Of a stretch of 64,000 nucleotides of DNA, positions 12,454 to 25,267 are shown piece after piece. The notes beneath the pieces are model-generated. The model searched no databases and was not told the origin of the DNA. It was given only the letters and a program-made list of their open reading frames with translations. Numbering within the stretch: position 1 is the stretch's first letter; each line of letters opens with the position of its first letter. Source of the stretch: Paraphysomonas bandaiensis (taxonomy: Eukaryota; Protista; Chrysophyceae). Where the stretch lies: NCBI GenBank assembly GCA_965644295.1, contig CBFFRP010000338.1:236181-300180 (forward strand). The letters run 5' to 3'. A program made the translations under genes and the position numbers.

Positions 12454-14223
12454 ATGACTGAAACATTGAACGAAGAGGACTTGTATGATGGATACTCTGC
12501 TGCTGATATATTCGCATCGACTGAAGGACAGGTATGGATATATATATATATATATATATATTAAAGTATGTATATATGTATAAGATATACTGTATATTCA
12601 TATATACGAATATACGTATATGAATACATACATATATAATATTTCATATAAAACTAACCCTCATAAATAAACAGGGCATTACATTCGATGACCTTATCAC
12701 ACTTCCCGGTAGTATAGACTTCGGTATACTTTCATAATATATTCTCACTTCACTTCTTATGTATACATATATATATATATATAGGTGTACATGAAGTTCA
12801 ACTTCATACTCATATTACAAAAAATATTACACTGAAAACTCCTATATGTTCAGCTCCAATGGATACTATAACAGAAGATCGTATGGCTATTAGTATGGCA
12901 TTAAATGGAGGGATTGGATTTATACATTGTTTATGTAGTATTGATCAACAAGTTCATATGATTGATAGAGTGAAACGATATGAGAATGGATTTATATTAG
13001 ATCCTGCTGTATTATCACCTGATCATACCATACAAGATTTAGATGATCTGAAAGACAGGATGGATATTACTGGGGTGCCTATTACAGTCAATGGAAAAAT
13101 AGGATCAGAATTAATTGGATTATGTACTCGACGTGATACTGATTTTATTACGGATAGAACTATTAAGATTAGAGATGTTATGACTCCAGTTAATGAACTT
13201 GTAACTGGTTTATATCCACTCTCTATTACTGCAGCTTTCAATATTCTTAAGGTAATGTATATTTGATAGTACTGATATAGGTTATAACTATTTTATTAGG
13301 AATGTAAGAAGGGGTATTTGCCTATTGTTGATAAGAATATGAATTTAAAAGCGCTTACAACTCGAACAGACCTGAAAAAGAATCGTGATTGTCCTCTAGC
13401 CACACAAGATAGTTCTGGGCGACTGATGGTAGGAGCAGCTGTGAATACTTCGGTTCAGCACCCTCTCGACCAAGAGAGGGCTCGTCGACTTTGTGAAGCA
13501 GGTGTTGACGCCATAGTGCTAGATGCACACAATGGCAGCAATTCCAGACAATTAGAAATGCTTAAATTTATCAAGCAAAACTATCCTCAGGTTGACGTAA
13601 TTGCGGGAAACATAGTGTGTCCTGCCCAGGCGAAAGAGCTATTAGCAGCTGGTGCGGATGGCCTTAGAGTAGGAATGGGGGTTGGCTCTGTGGCAGTAAC
13701 TCATCACCGCCGTGCTGTTGGTAGACCTCAACTTTCTGCCGTATACCATTGCTCAAGAATGGGCCGAGAAGCTGGAGTGCCGGTGATAGCAGACGGTGGC
13801 CTAAAAAATACAGGGACTGTTATAAAAGCACTCGCCCTAGGCGCAAGCTCTGTAATGTTGGGTTCTCTACTTGCTGGAGTGGAGGAGGCCCCGGGAGAAT
13901 ATTTTTTTCAGGACGGAAGGAGGTGGAAGTGGTATAAAAGTGCATCCGCTGAGACCTACAGGATGGCTGAATCTGAAGACAGCACTAGATCTGCTGGTCG
14001 TGTTACGGGTGCAATTGCTGATCGGGGTCCTTTGAGTAGCTATGTTCCGTTTATCTGTCAGTCTATCCGCCATGGGTTGCAAGATATGGGTACCAAGTCT
14101 GTGGAAATAATGCACAACGAATTGTATTCGGGGAAATTGAGGTTTGAGTTGAGATCAGCCAGTGCACAGAAGGAGGGTGGAATTCATGATTTGCACTCGT
14201 ATACGCAGAAGTTATACACCTAG
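12454..14223 (+). CDS. IMP dehydrogenase-like protein with CBS pair; catalytic residues degenerate; 4 exons
   Basis: Exons about 12454-12531, 12675-12723, 12785-13251 and 13300-14223. Motifs [24 protein letters not shown] domains, PVIADGG, C-terminal [14 protein letters not shown]. The catalytic loop reads [10 protein letters not shown] and YRGMGS is absent. Confidence 0.9.
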
Positions 14224-14775
14224 TACCCCATGAGTAGGCCGGCTATACTTTAGTTCGCTAATAGTGAGCTGTACACATGTCATTTAGGGTCAATATTTTG
14301 ATATGATTTTGAACTTATTGTCGATTGTCATAACTAAGAGTAGTTTTTGTTGAGTTCTGCAATATGATGTGATATATATTGTGCAATTGAAGTGAGTTAA
14401 TAGTGTGCGATATGTGAAGCTAACTCATAGGTGTAACGGGTGATTACAGTTACAAAGGAATTAAATTCAGTTACTGATGTGTGACTATATAATATATAGG
14501 AGTGACTGGTGAACATATGATAAGCAGATGTTTCTGAGAGCAGTTGATTCACCAGATGTTACATGAATATGTAGTGCAGTGCCGTATTCAGATTAATAAC
14601 TATAATTTCTTACTTGAAAGTGCATTGTGTTTATTATTAAAGCAAGGTTAAGGTGTACGTGTTGAGTAAAGTTACCTTCAGTGAAATGTCCAATTCTAAC
14701 AGGTTTCAGCATATCATGGCTACTGAATTGAAAATCATATGTCATATATGTCATCTTATTGGGAAATATTATTCA

Positions 14776-14882
14776 ACCTAGTCAAATGGGTTGAATTACC
14801 TAGTCACACTATTTTTAGTTGAATAACCTAGTCAAAGTAATAAATGATTCAACCTAGTCATTTTTAGTTATAAACCTAGTCA
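14776..14882 (+). repeat. Five copies of ACCTAGTCA spaced 22-28 bp apart
   Basis: Copies start at 14776, 14798, 14826, 14852 and 14874. Confidence 0.8.
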
Positions 14883-15102
14883 TAACAATATAGATGATAG
14901 GTACATTTCCTTCAGGAATTTAAAGATTTAAAGTGTAGTGCATATTTCTCACAGTAATTTTCCGGGTTGTACTAAAAGTAGTCAAGTCTATTATGACAAT
15001 ACACAAGTAATTATATTTTATCACTAATTGTTTTCCACCGCATACTACTTGGAGCACTACAAGCTCTCCACCATGTATTACGGTAAGTATATTACACCAG
15101 CT

Positions 15103-16260
15103 TTAATCAAGCTTCTTTATTGATTCACGTAGTGGTTGCATGAGTGCAACAAATGGTGAATTCGAAATGCTTTGCTCCATACCGTTATCTTTAAAACCAG
15201 GAGAGCATGCTGTGTCGAGTCTTTTTTGGGTCTCAGAAAACAATGGGAAAGCATCATCTGCGCTATCTGGAGGCACCACAGCCCTGAGATCACTAAACAC
15301 ACACGACATGTCTTTATTGAGGTTACGGAGAGGTGCTTGAGTCGGAAGATCATGCAACTTGTCGCCTTTACCAATCACCAACGCTGCCATATAGTCTTTC
15401 ACAACGAGGTCAAAAACTTTACTTTGCCCCCAGGAGGAGGAAAGCATGTCAGCGAGTCGCTCCACATCATCAATAGCTGCGGTCATGGATCACAGGGTGT
15501 TAGACAATGGACTGAGTCGTGCACAAAGCCTTACATTGTGTAAGTCCAAGCTGTTCAGACATAAATAGAGCTTCTGCCGCCGCCTGAGCATGGCATGTGA
15601 CTAGTGCTTGATTGACTAATTTGGCAGCCATTCCAGAACCTACAAATTTGTCATATTAGCAATTCAACATTACAAATACAAATGAATAGAATACTATATT
15701 CATGTACACCAATTACCTACAGGACCAAAATGAATAACTTTCTTTCCAACACTATGTAGTATGTCATTTACTGTCTCTATTGCATGAGGTGTTCCCCCAG
15801 CCATGATAGTTAAGGTCCCATCTTGAGCCCCCTGTGGCCCACCACTAACAGGAGCATCCACATACGATACACATCCATTAGTAATCTCCTCAACCTTTCG
15901 ACTAATATTAAGTGCAAAAGTACGAGAAAATGTACCATGATCAACAATAATTTTCTGTTTCGTATTATCTGTATGTCTCCAGTTAGAAGATGACAGTATC
16001 CCATTACTACCACATATAACCTCTTCACATGCTTTTTCATGAGGTAAACTAAGACATATAATATCAACTTCATTAGCTAAACATTTTATAGATAATGAAT
16101 ATGAAATATTTCTTATCAATGAATTTGTTTTAATATTCTTTATAAAATTTGTTATAGTTTGGGATGATATATCATAAACTATCATATCATTTGCTCGACT
16201 TATATTAGCAGCCATACCCTTACCCATATATCCTAAACCAATAAATCCAATACGTTTCAT
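15103..16260 (-). CDS. Beta-hydroxyacid dehydrogenase (3-hydroxyisobutyrate dehydrogenase/GLYR family); 3 exons
   Basis: MKRIGFIGLGYMG Rossmann motif, VDAPVSGG, LTIMAGG, GSGMAAKLVNQ (catalytic Lys). Two GT-AG introns join ORFs 15700..16425 and 15103..15486. Confidence 0.9.
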
Positions 16261-16979
16261 AGATATATATATATGTATGAATGTAGAGAGAGAGTGTGGT
16301 TGTGTATATAATCTTAGTATGAGAATATCCTGAGAGGGTATCATATCATACTGGTATGTGTATGTGTGTAGAGATAGAGGTATCAGTATAGGTATATAGA
16401 GGTATAGGTAGGTATGAACAATCATGTCGTACTACTGTACTGCTACAATCCCGTTGGACAGCAGTACACGAGTACATATGTATGCATATATATGGGCTAT
16501 ATGTACAGCAGTATATACATACATACAGACAGACAGACAGTGAACACATCTGATTGGACGAGAGATCTTTATCAGAACATAATCAAATATGTCCGTTGAC
16601 TTTATACTATGTATACCTTCTGTATATACTCTGTATTCCATCTGTATATATATCTCTTCATCTATTCTATACCCGTAATACGTAATGTATAGAAGGAATA
16701 CCGTATATATGTAACTGTAAAAGTAACCGTATTTCTGTCTATATATACACACATGCATGCACATATATAACTATCACACCAACAGCTCTGCAGTCATATA
16801 TATACACATACACCCCATTGTCTATTAAGAACTTACCTTCAATTCACACAATGTTGATACACAACTATCTTATTAAGGAGATATACTTAAATACATATTA
16901 TTAGTAGTGTATATCTAATAGAAATACACACTCTAATGACTACAGTTTAGAGCCTCTATTAGAAATTAGAAACAATAAA

Positions 16980-19401
16980 ATGACTAGTAAACTTAATAGA
17001 ATCGGTCCTTTTAATAACAGTGTTCTCATTGGACACGGCCAAGATCCCATGGAAGTCATGTATGGTAAAAAGACAAGACTAGATCAATCTTTCACCAAAA
17101 CTATCGCCCGACATGGATTTTATCATGATACTTCACTTGATGCTGCTACCCGATCAAAGAAACGTCACATGGTAAATTTGCAGCGAAAAAAGTCAACAAT
17201 GGTATATTGTATTAGCGTTAATTTCATGCAAGCTAATGATAAAACTTGTTACAGGATCGATTATCTGCAAATTTTGAAGCAGAAGCACGCAAAGTTGCTC
17301 TTCTGCAACGAAAGCTTGCCAAATATCAGCACGATATGGCGTTTACTGCTCAGCAAAAATTTGCAGTGCTGTATCTGCAGTCCATATTCCGTGGTTGCTT
17401 GGCTAGGCGCCTTCTCTTGCGTTTGTTTTATGGGCGATTTTTACGAGAATTTTTGAGTTTTCGGTATCGTTACAGGATGATGTTGTGTGCTGCGACTGTC
17501 TTAATACGAGCAACACGAGCATTCTTGGCGACTCGACGATACCAAAGATTTGTCTACCATAGTCGCAATGCTCGTACAATTCAAAAGGCGTATAGAAAAC
17601 GATATAGGCGCATGCGAGCTGTTGTGCGAATGGGTTGTATAAAGCTGTGTAGAGATGTTATTTGCATGGGAATAGCAAAGGCAAAGCAGCAGTTATGCGT
17701 ATTTGAGAGAGCAAGACGTGTGCTTTACAAGTTTATGCATGGTTATATTCGGAAGCAGCGTCAAAAGAGGTGTGTTTTGTTTAGGATGTTCATGTTCTTC
17801 AGTTTAATGTGCTAATAGGCTGGGTAACTCCTCCGGTGCAAGGAAAATATTCTACGCCTTGTTTCACATCGACAAGCTGCCGCCGATGTTACCAGCTGAT
17901 ACTTCTGTTCCTTCGAAATCTAGCTTTAGCCGGCGAGGTACCATAGTATCATCGGTTGACGATAGCTATAGAATCGATTGTGCCTTGAAGCGTATTGAGC
18001 ATTCAAAATTCGAAGAATCTGTAGAGCAGTTGCGAGCATTTGTCAAGGCCCAGGCTGCTAGAGAAGCGCGAAGAATAAAGAAAGAGGCACATGAGATTAA
18101 GGTTAGTTCAAGTATACACAAGATTCGTTAACCTGTGTGATCTTGTTTCTGCAGAGGTTCCGAAGGGGCAATTCTCGAGTGACTCCAGCCCCTCCTACTA
18201 AAGTTCTAAAAAAGCTTTCATCCGCCCCACCTAACCTGTCATCATCAACATCAAATTTGGGGGATCAATTTCCAAAGAAAGTACTCAAGAGGCGTGCCTC
18301 CTCGCAACTGGAACCAGAATTGATTTTTGCGAATGAAAAAACGTAGGGAACGCTGCATTGTGTAGTTTTATATTCTGTAGTGATATAATAGCTTGCGACA
18401 TACAACTTTCATATTCTTTTTAATTCTTTTCCTGTAGCAAGGGTTCTAAACAGTCCACTCCGTATGTTTTACGAGACTCCTTTCGTCTAAAGTCTCTACA
18501 TGAAGTAGTCGATTTTCTGGTAGATCTCTCAAGGACGGTCGCAAAAAGTCCTGAGCTGATTCAAAGCGACTTGGCATTATTGGGAAATGAGAGCAGCGAT
18601 GAAGATAGTAGGGTGAGTAAGCAGAAGAACTCTGTGATAGGCACTCTAAGTCGCGTGACATCTGCGGAAACCATTTTCCCTTTTGGAGAAGTTCGCCCAC
18701 CTCCTCAACCTCCTAAAAAAGGGAGGAGGAAATTTCTTCCCCGTGGAAGTATCATTGACAACTCCAAGCAAAAAAACTCGGAAAATAAAGCGCCGAGTCC
18801 GAGAAATAATGTAAATAAACCTGTAAATCCAAATCGAAGGAAAAGTACTTTACCAAGTAAATCTGAAATCAACCTCCACGAGGTGGTCGTAGATAGTTTG
18901 AATACGAAGTTAGGCGATGCAGAAAGTAAGACCGTCACCGAGAGTACCCAAAATGAATCTGTCGTAAAAGATATTAGTGATACGAGCGGAAGCGGGGCTC
19001 AAAATGATTGCCCAATAAAAAACGATTCAAGCCATGCTGTGGGATCAGGAAATACGGGAAGCAATTTAGCCGAAGGCATGGACACAGAAAAGTCTAGCAA
19101 CACTAGAAATGTGAATGGTATAGGAGATACGCCTGAGAGTTCTCATGATGGCTGTAATTCTGTGACGGATGTCAACGCGGCTAGTATTCCTAGGCCATCT
19201 ATAATTGCTATGAATAGACAGAACTCAGATCCGTTGATATCTAGCAGTTCTTCAGACGAATATGACTACGATTTTGATGATTTTGAAGATGATGATGCGA
19301 GTAGCAGTAAGCCCACAAGCAGTAGACAACCATCGCGACCAATCGATCCCAAGCCATCTTCCTCTCATAGGCGAAGTATCAATGTTTCATCTTTAATTTA
19401 A
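16980..19401 (+). CDS. IQ-motif (calmodulin-binding) protein with a long Ser/Asn-rich disordered C-terminus; about 5 exons
   Basis: IQ-like motifs LYLQSIFRGCLARR, LIRATRAFLATRR and TIQKAYRKRYRR. ORFs 16980, 17246, 17859, 18137 and 18571 can be linked by GT-AG introns. Confidence 0.72.
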
Positions 19402-20170
19402 TTATCTACTGTTTTTGATGTGGAAGTATAATGGAATATTCATCGAAGTTACATTATAGAATACTTTTCTCCATGCAATAGTCATTATTAGATGCCAATA
19501 ATCGAAAAGCATAGAGCTTCTGTTGGTGATATAGTATTGAGCCAAGTCCATATGGTGAAAAGGCTCCTCACTATATATTGTGAGATTTGCCTCGTCAAAA
19601 AAATAAATGAATTTTAAGTCGCATTGTTGAGATCTGAAGATTCTATATTCCATATGTAAGATGCAAGGATCGAAAGATATATCTAAATTCTATACTGTAG
19701 TATTGTAAATAGTAAATACTGTAGAATGAAACTGAAGTATAAGTTGGTGATTATGCAGGATACCACTACTTAGTGTGTGGCTCGTATATTATAGAAGTAA
19801 AAGATTTTGTGTTGAACACACCGATTACAACTTCGGTTCTTTATCATGTAAAATAACGTCAACTTATGTTACGCATTACAATAAAGGAGAGTTATGTTTG
19901 CATGGAGTATAGCCAAACATGCTTGCACCAGTTAAAATTCATCAATATATTGAGACACTAAGATCTCTAAGTCTGATTCATCTAGACCAAATGCAACGCC
20001 AATCTCTCTTATTTTTTCTTCACTAGCTTTAGCGGATCAAGTCCTCCTAGCATTATCCTTAAGGTCCTTCTTACTGACTCCAAATTAGAAGAATCTTGTA
20101 CTCTACTATTATCCTCCTCATCCATAGTAATCAATAATATAAATGAATAAGAATAAATAAGTCTATAATC

Positions 20171-20968
20171 CAGGGATAGGGAACAATATATTGTATTGCA
20201 ATACATTGTACAATATATTGCAATATATTGTAAAATATATTGATTGGTGGACTGGTCAAATATTCCATCAATAGTGTTTCTGTTAAAGGAGCTCACAATA
20301 CTATTGCAATACATTGCAATCAATATTATGATAGTCATATAAAAAAGATTCTCAACTGTAGGGTGCAAAATGGATATAAATAACCGAGAAATTGATTACA
20401 ACATTACAAAGGATAATGAAGCTGATGTTGACAATGCGACTAAAAATCTTCAGTCAGCTCAAAAAATTAAGAAACGTACAGATCCACGAGTCATTAACGG
20501 TTGCCTGGCCCTGGTATGTACTTCCCATATATGGAAACGTCTGTTCAGCACAGCTAAACATATTATATCAGTGTTGCGCAAGAGTATCCATCTTACTTAA
20601 TATGCTGTTGTTTCTGAAAGCTATTCGACAGTTATGGCCGGATACTAGCATATTTCAATTAATTCTGTGGATGAATATGGTGATGTTGACCTCACCGATG
20701 ATGGCTCAGAGGATGAGGACGAGGTGGATTTTTAGTAGCTATAAGCAGCAGTTGGTTTGGTTGTCATGTGATCTTAATGACTAATACTAAAAATGAAATC
20801 TATGGATGTGTTTACCTACTGAGTAGTCATACTAATATATTGCAATACATTGACAATATATTGCAATATATTGTAATTGTATTGTAGGACCGGTTTAAAA
20901 ATTCCATCAATACTATTGATGGAACGCTATCTAACAATAGTATTGCAATATATTGTTCCCTATCCCTG
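20171..20968 (+). mobile_element. Non-autonomous hAT transposon, copy 2 (798 bp, opposite orientation to copy 1)
   Basis: Same TIRs as copy 1; 8-bp TSD CTATAATC (20163-20170, 20969-20976); carries about 80 bp that copy 1 lacks. Confidence 0.94.
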
Positions 20969-22259
20969 CTATAATCTATAACTACAATACTATCTACAAG
21001 CAACTTCCAGAATGAAGAAACTGCATCTTTTGTATCAATAATTCATATATGTCTATCTACGATTCCGTGATCAATGGAATGGTCATCATTCATATTCAGT
21101 ATCAAACACATCAGCCTAATAAAGTTGATCACAATAACTCATCATCAACGTATAAGGAAAGATACATTCCGTATTCTCCTTGCAGTTGAAGCCTTGTTTA
21201 CGCACTTCCAAGCACAGTCAATAATCAATAAGCACTGAAAGTAATACGTAAAGTACAAGTGTGTTACTGGATAATCTGGCAATACACGTCTATCAGCGTG
21301 GATATCAAACCCGGAATTCTCCACCAGTAAACTTCTCCGGCCTAAAAGTCAATATATATATAAAATAATAGCATATATATATACCATCAAATAATTATCT
21401 TTATCATTAAGTTTCATTATTGTTGGTAATCCTGTCTTTCTTTGTTTTTTTAATAGATATATAAAATTATCAATAATAGCATGAGTTGTAATAGTCATAA
21501 TGTATCATATAGCTTAATGTGAAATAGTATGGTAATAATAATAATATTCAACATTCAACGTATGTTGCACAGATAATATATATGTACAAACCTAAGCATA
21601 TACAATAGAGAGCTCATATAGCATAGAACCGGATAGCTTGTTATTACATCTTCACCGTCATAATCTATAAATTTTTATCGCTTTTCCTTCTCAATATATC
21701 CCAACTCGAGTGGAGATAGATTCTATTCAGTACTACATATCACATCTACATATAGTGCCCCAAGTAAAATTCCTAGCCACTTGCAACTGTTCTTGAACTC
21801 AACTTGGTACGCTGGTTTATATTGATCTTAAAACTACTTGAGGTAGCATCCCAAGAAAGAAGGGGGCTCTTATTTTGAACAACCAAACACGAGAAACAAT
21901 TTCTCATCACATTAGTACAAGTTCATATTTTTTATCAACAATATATTTCTAATTCATTATTAATTGCGGCTTATGTGGCACATATACTTAAATGTAGTTA
22001 ACAAAAGCTCGCAATTAAAAAGTTTCGATTCCTGCAATCTCCATGGGGGGTTCAAGCGGTTCTCCCCTGCATGATACAATACAATGTGATTGTTATCAGG
22101 ATCCAATACAATATCAGTAGGCATCACTAGGAACAGTATACCATCCTCTACTATACACCTTACTTTCTCATTTCATTCACCTTCTTCTAGTTCAAAGTAT
22201 ACATGTATACCCTCCCCAGTTGGTGAAGTATGTAGAGAAGGTACTGTGACCGTCTGGAC

Positions 22260-24797
22260 AAGCAGACGACTCAAAGAGACAATACGCAGTGTACATTCAG
22301 GGCTGCAAAGGAACTTACCAGATGCCAACGTCAGAGACCTGGTGAGATACGCCAACAGCCGCATGAACTTGAGGAGGCCATCCACCAATGGTACAACTGT
22401 AGCACCGCGAGTGGCATTGACCGGTCGGAAACCCAATTATAAAAAGGAACTGTCACTGGCTTTCGGGGACTATATCGAATGCTATGACCAGAAGGTCAAG
22501 AGCAACAACGCGGAGCGGGCCAGAACAGAACCATGCATCGCGCTGTACCCATCCGGCAACGCAAATTGGAGCTGGATATTTTTAAACCTTAAAACAAATA
22601 AATATGTGAGTCGGACCAACAGGGTGAAGATTGTAATAGACGCCGTGAATAGGATATCGTCATTGCACAACAAGTCACACTCACCTGCCACGACCAGTGA
22701 GAATGAGAGTCGAGAGATCGAGGATACCACGCCACTAGCAGAGAATGACAAGATCGACATGCCGAAGGAGCCTCATGAAAAGGAGCAGTCGACAGTCGCT
22801 GACACAGGCGGAGGGCACGCTCACACAGACGAGACAACAGAAATCACGGAACCAGTCGACGATGATGGCGACAGGGCTGATGGGCCATGCGAACAGGAGC
22901 CGGGCGCTGTAACACCCAACGACACCGACGATCTGGAAATTACAGGGGTGGAAACTACAGGGATGACACATAATACAAGCGAAGAGTACTATCATCATCA
23001 TCAACCGGAGCAAGGATAGCGACAGGTACAAGGAGAAAGCCCGTAATGTATCGAGCCTACCATACAAGTGTAACTAAAGGCTTAAAGGAGCATGGCAAAG
23101 AAGCTTACCTGGCGATAGTACGGGAGCTGAAGCAGCTGCTACATGACAAAAAGGCCATAGTTCCAGTCCACCGGAGTGACCTGTCAAAGACTCAGCTCAA
23201 ACGCACAATTCGATCGCTGATTTTCCTGAAGACGAAATACGACGGACTCGGAAGGTTCGAGAAAATCAAGGCGAGGTTGGTTGCGAACGGGGCGCAGCAG
23301 GACAGGAAACTGTACCCAGACACGTCGTCTCTCACTGTGGACATACAATCAGTGTTTGCATGCCTAGCTATAGCGGCGAGAGAGGGGAGACATGTATCAA
23401 CAGTGGACATAGGAGGTGCCTACCTTAACGCAGAGATGACTGGCGAAGAAGTGATAGTAGAATTGGAGCCGATGTTGGCCACAATACTCAGAAAACTAGA
23501 CCCCACAATCCAGCCGTATGTTGATGAGAGAGGCAGAATATTGGTGCGCCTAGACAAAGCGTTATGTGGATGCGTGCAGAGTGCAAAGCTGTGGTACAAC
23601 ACGATAAGAGCGTACCTGGAAAGCATTGGTTTCGTGGCCAACCCGGTGGATCAGTGTGTTCTCAATAGGACTGTCAACGGCAAGCAGTGCACTATAACAC
23701 TACATGTGGATGATCTGCTGGTGCTATCACAAGACAAGGGTGACACCGAGTGGTTGGTGAAACAACTAAAAAAACAATATGGTGAGATAAAATACTGAGA
23801 TGATAGAGACATGTCGTATTTAGGTATGCACGTGAGTATGATAGATGACAAGGCAGTGGTGTCAATGAGGGCCTACCTGGATGGGGTGCTGGAGGAGGCA
23901 GCGGTCACTGGCAAGCATCTCCAGCAACATCATCACTGTTCGCACAGGACGTAGAACAGAAATTGGGGAGGAAGGAGGCTGCCAATTTCCATTCAGTGGT
24001 GGCTAAATTGCTATACCTATCGATAAGAGTTAGACCAGACATCCTACTCAGTATAGCGTACCTTACCACGAGAGTTAAAGGTCCAACAATCGGAGATCAG
24101 CAGAAGCTGGAGCGAGTATTGAAGTACCTGGCGCAAACTAGGGATCAGGATCTACAGCTGAGGATTGGAGAACAACAGCGGATAAGGGGCTTCATAGACG
24201 CTTCATTTGCCATCCAAGAAGACGGAAGAGGGCATTCAGGCGTAGTCGTCCAGCTTGGAGGGGCCAACGGTGCTGTGCCGATCAACTAAGCAGAGAATCG
24301 TGACAAAAGACTCGACAGAATCCGAGCTGGTTGGCCTGTCTGATATGATGTCAAATGTGCTGAAGTTACATGAGTTTGTGTGTGGACAGGGCTATGCGCT
24401 TGACCCACCTGTTGAGTATCAGGACAACATGTCGAACCTCAGCCTCGTGACGAAGGGAGGAGGTCGATATAGATCGAAATACCTGCGAGTATGACAGGCT
24501 TTGATTAAAGAGTTGCATGATAATGGGGAAATCAAGCTGATGTACTTACCCACTGGGGAAATGCTGGCAGATGTCTTGACTAAACCCTTGCAGGGTAACT
24601 TATTCCGCCATTTGATATGTCTTCCCGTCAGTCAGCATCTTATTTTTTCGGGAATATATTGAAGAAAATATACTCTATAATACTGATATATAACTACGGC
24701 TGATATTCAGATAATTGTTGTCTCAATAATAGAGGCATCTTTACACAAAAATACACAAAGGATGCCGATACGATAGACACATCACACACAGGGGTGC
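22260..24797 (+). mobile_element. 5'-truncated, decayed Ty1/Copia retrotransposon (integrase C-terminus, RT, RNase H)
   Basis: RRLKETIRSV (helix after the integrase catalytic site), KARLVANG, DIGGAYLNA, LHVDDLL, RPDI, FIDASFA, STESELV, YQDN and MLADVLTKPLQG. Several stops and frameshifts. Purine-rich ACAGGGGTG near 24788. Confidence 0.9.
24629..24772 (+). mobile_element. Right half of the long-TIR MITE family (full copy at 32248-32566), located in the Copia 3' region
   Basis: CAGTCAGCATC...ATAATTGTTGTCTCAATAATAGAGGCATC...AAAGGATGCCGATACG aligns to about 32423-32566. Confidence 0.75.
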
Positions 24798-25267
24798 GAA
24801 GAGAAGTAGATAGAGGATATTCTTTTCAGTTTAGTACTTGAAGTGACTGTATAAGATATGCATAGGGCACATATAAGGTTATATGCAGTGTAAGCAAAGT
24901 TTGACTACTTTACGAAAAGGTAACGGGGGTATTCCGTCCGTTTATTGATCTGTAGCATCCGTAAAACTTCACGACCGAGTACCGTATTTTTCTTTGCGGT
25001 ATGTATGTATGTACATAAACACTGAATTCTCATTTCCCTCTCACTTCAACTCCCCCTCCTACACTCCCATACAAAAAAAAACAGAATTCGTCACCTCTAC
25101 AGCAAAGTACATATCTGGACATACACTGTATGTATGTCTGACACACGGAGTGGATATCCTCCACAGATAATCTTATTTTTCACTGGGGTGTCATATACAG
25201 AGATCAGGAGGTGGGTTGATATTACTGTACATCTCAGTTCACTCTTCATTTCTTTATCTGATCTGTT

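Noticed and set aside
19402-21900. Decayed coding-like sequence on the minus strand around hAT copy 2 (DEK-C-like stretch near 19940-20125)
   Set aside because: Needs multiple frameshifts, and no family can be supported.
21960-22075. tRNA or tRNA-derived SINE (TTCGATTCCTGC..CTCCA) with an adjacent hairpin
   Set aside because: No cloverleaf or A-box could be built.
22173-22250. SPTGEGIHVYF resembling a primase-polymerase motif
   Set aside because: Too short and lacks supporting motifs.
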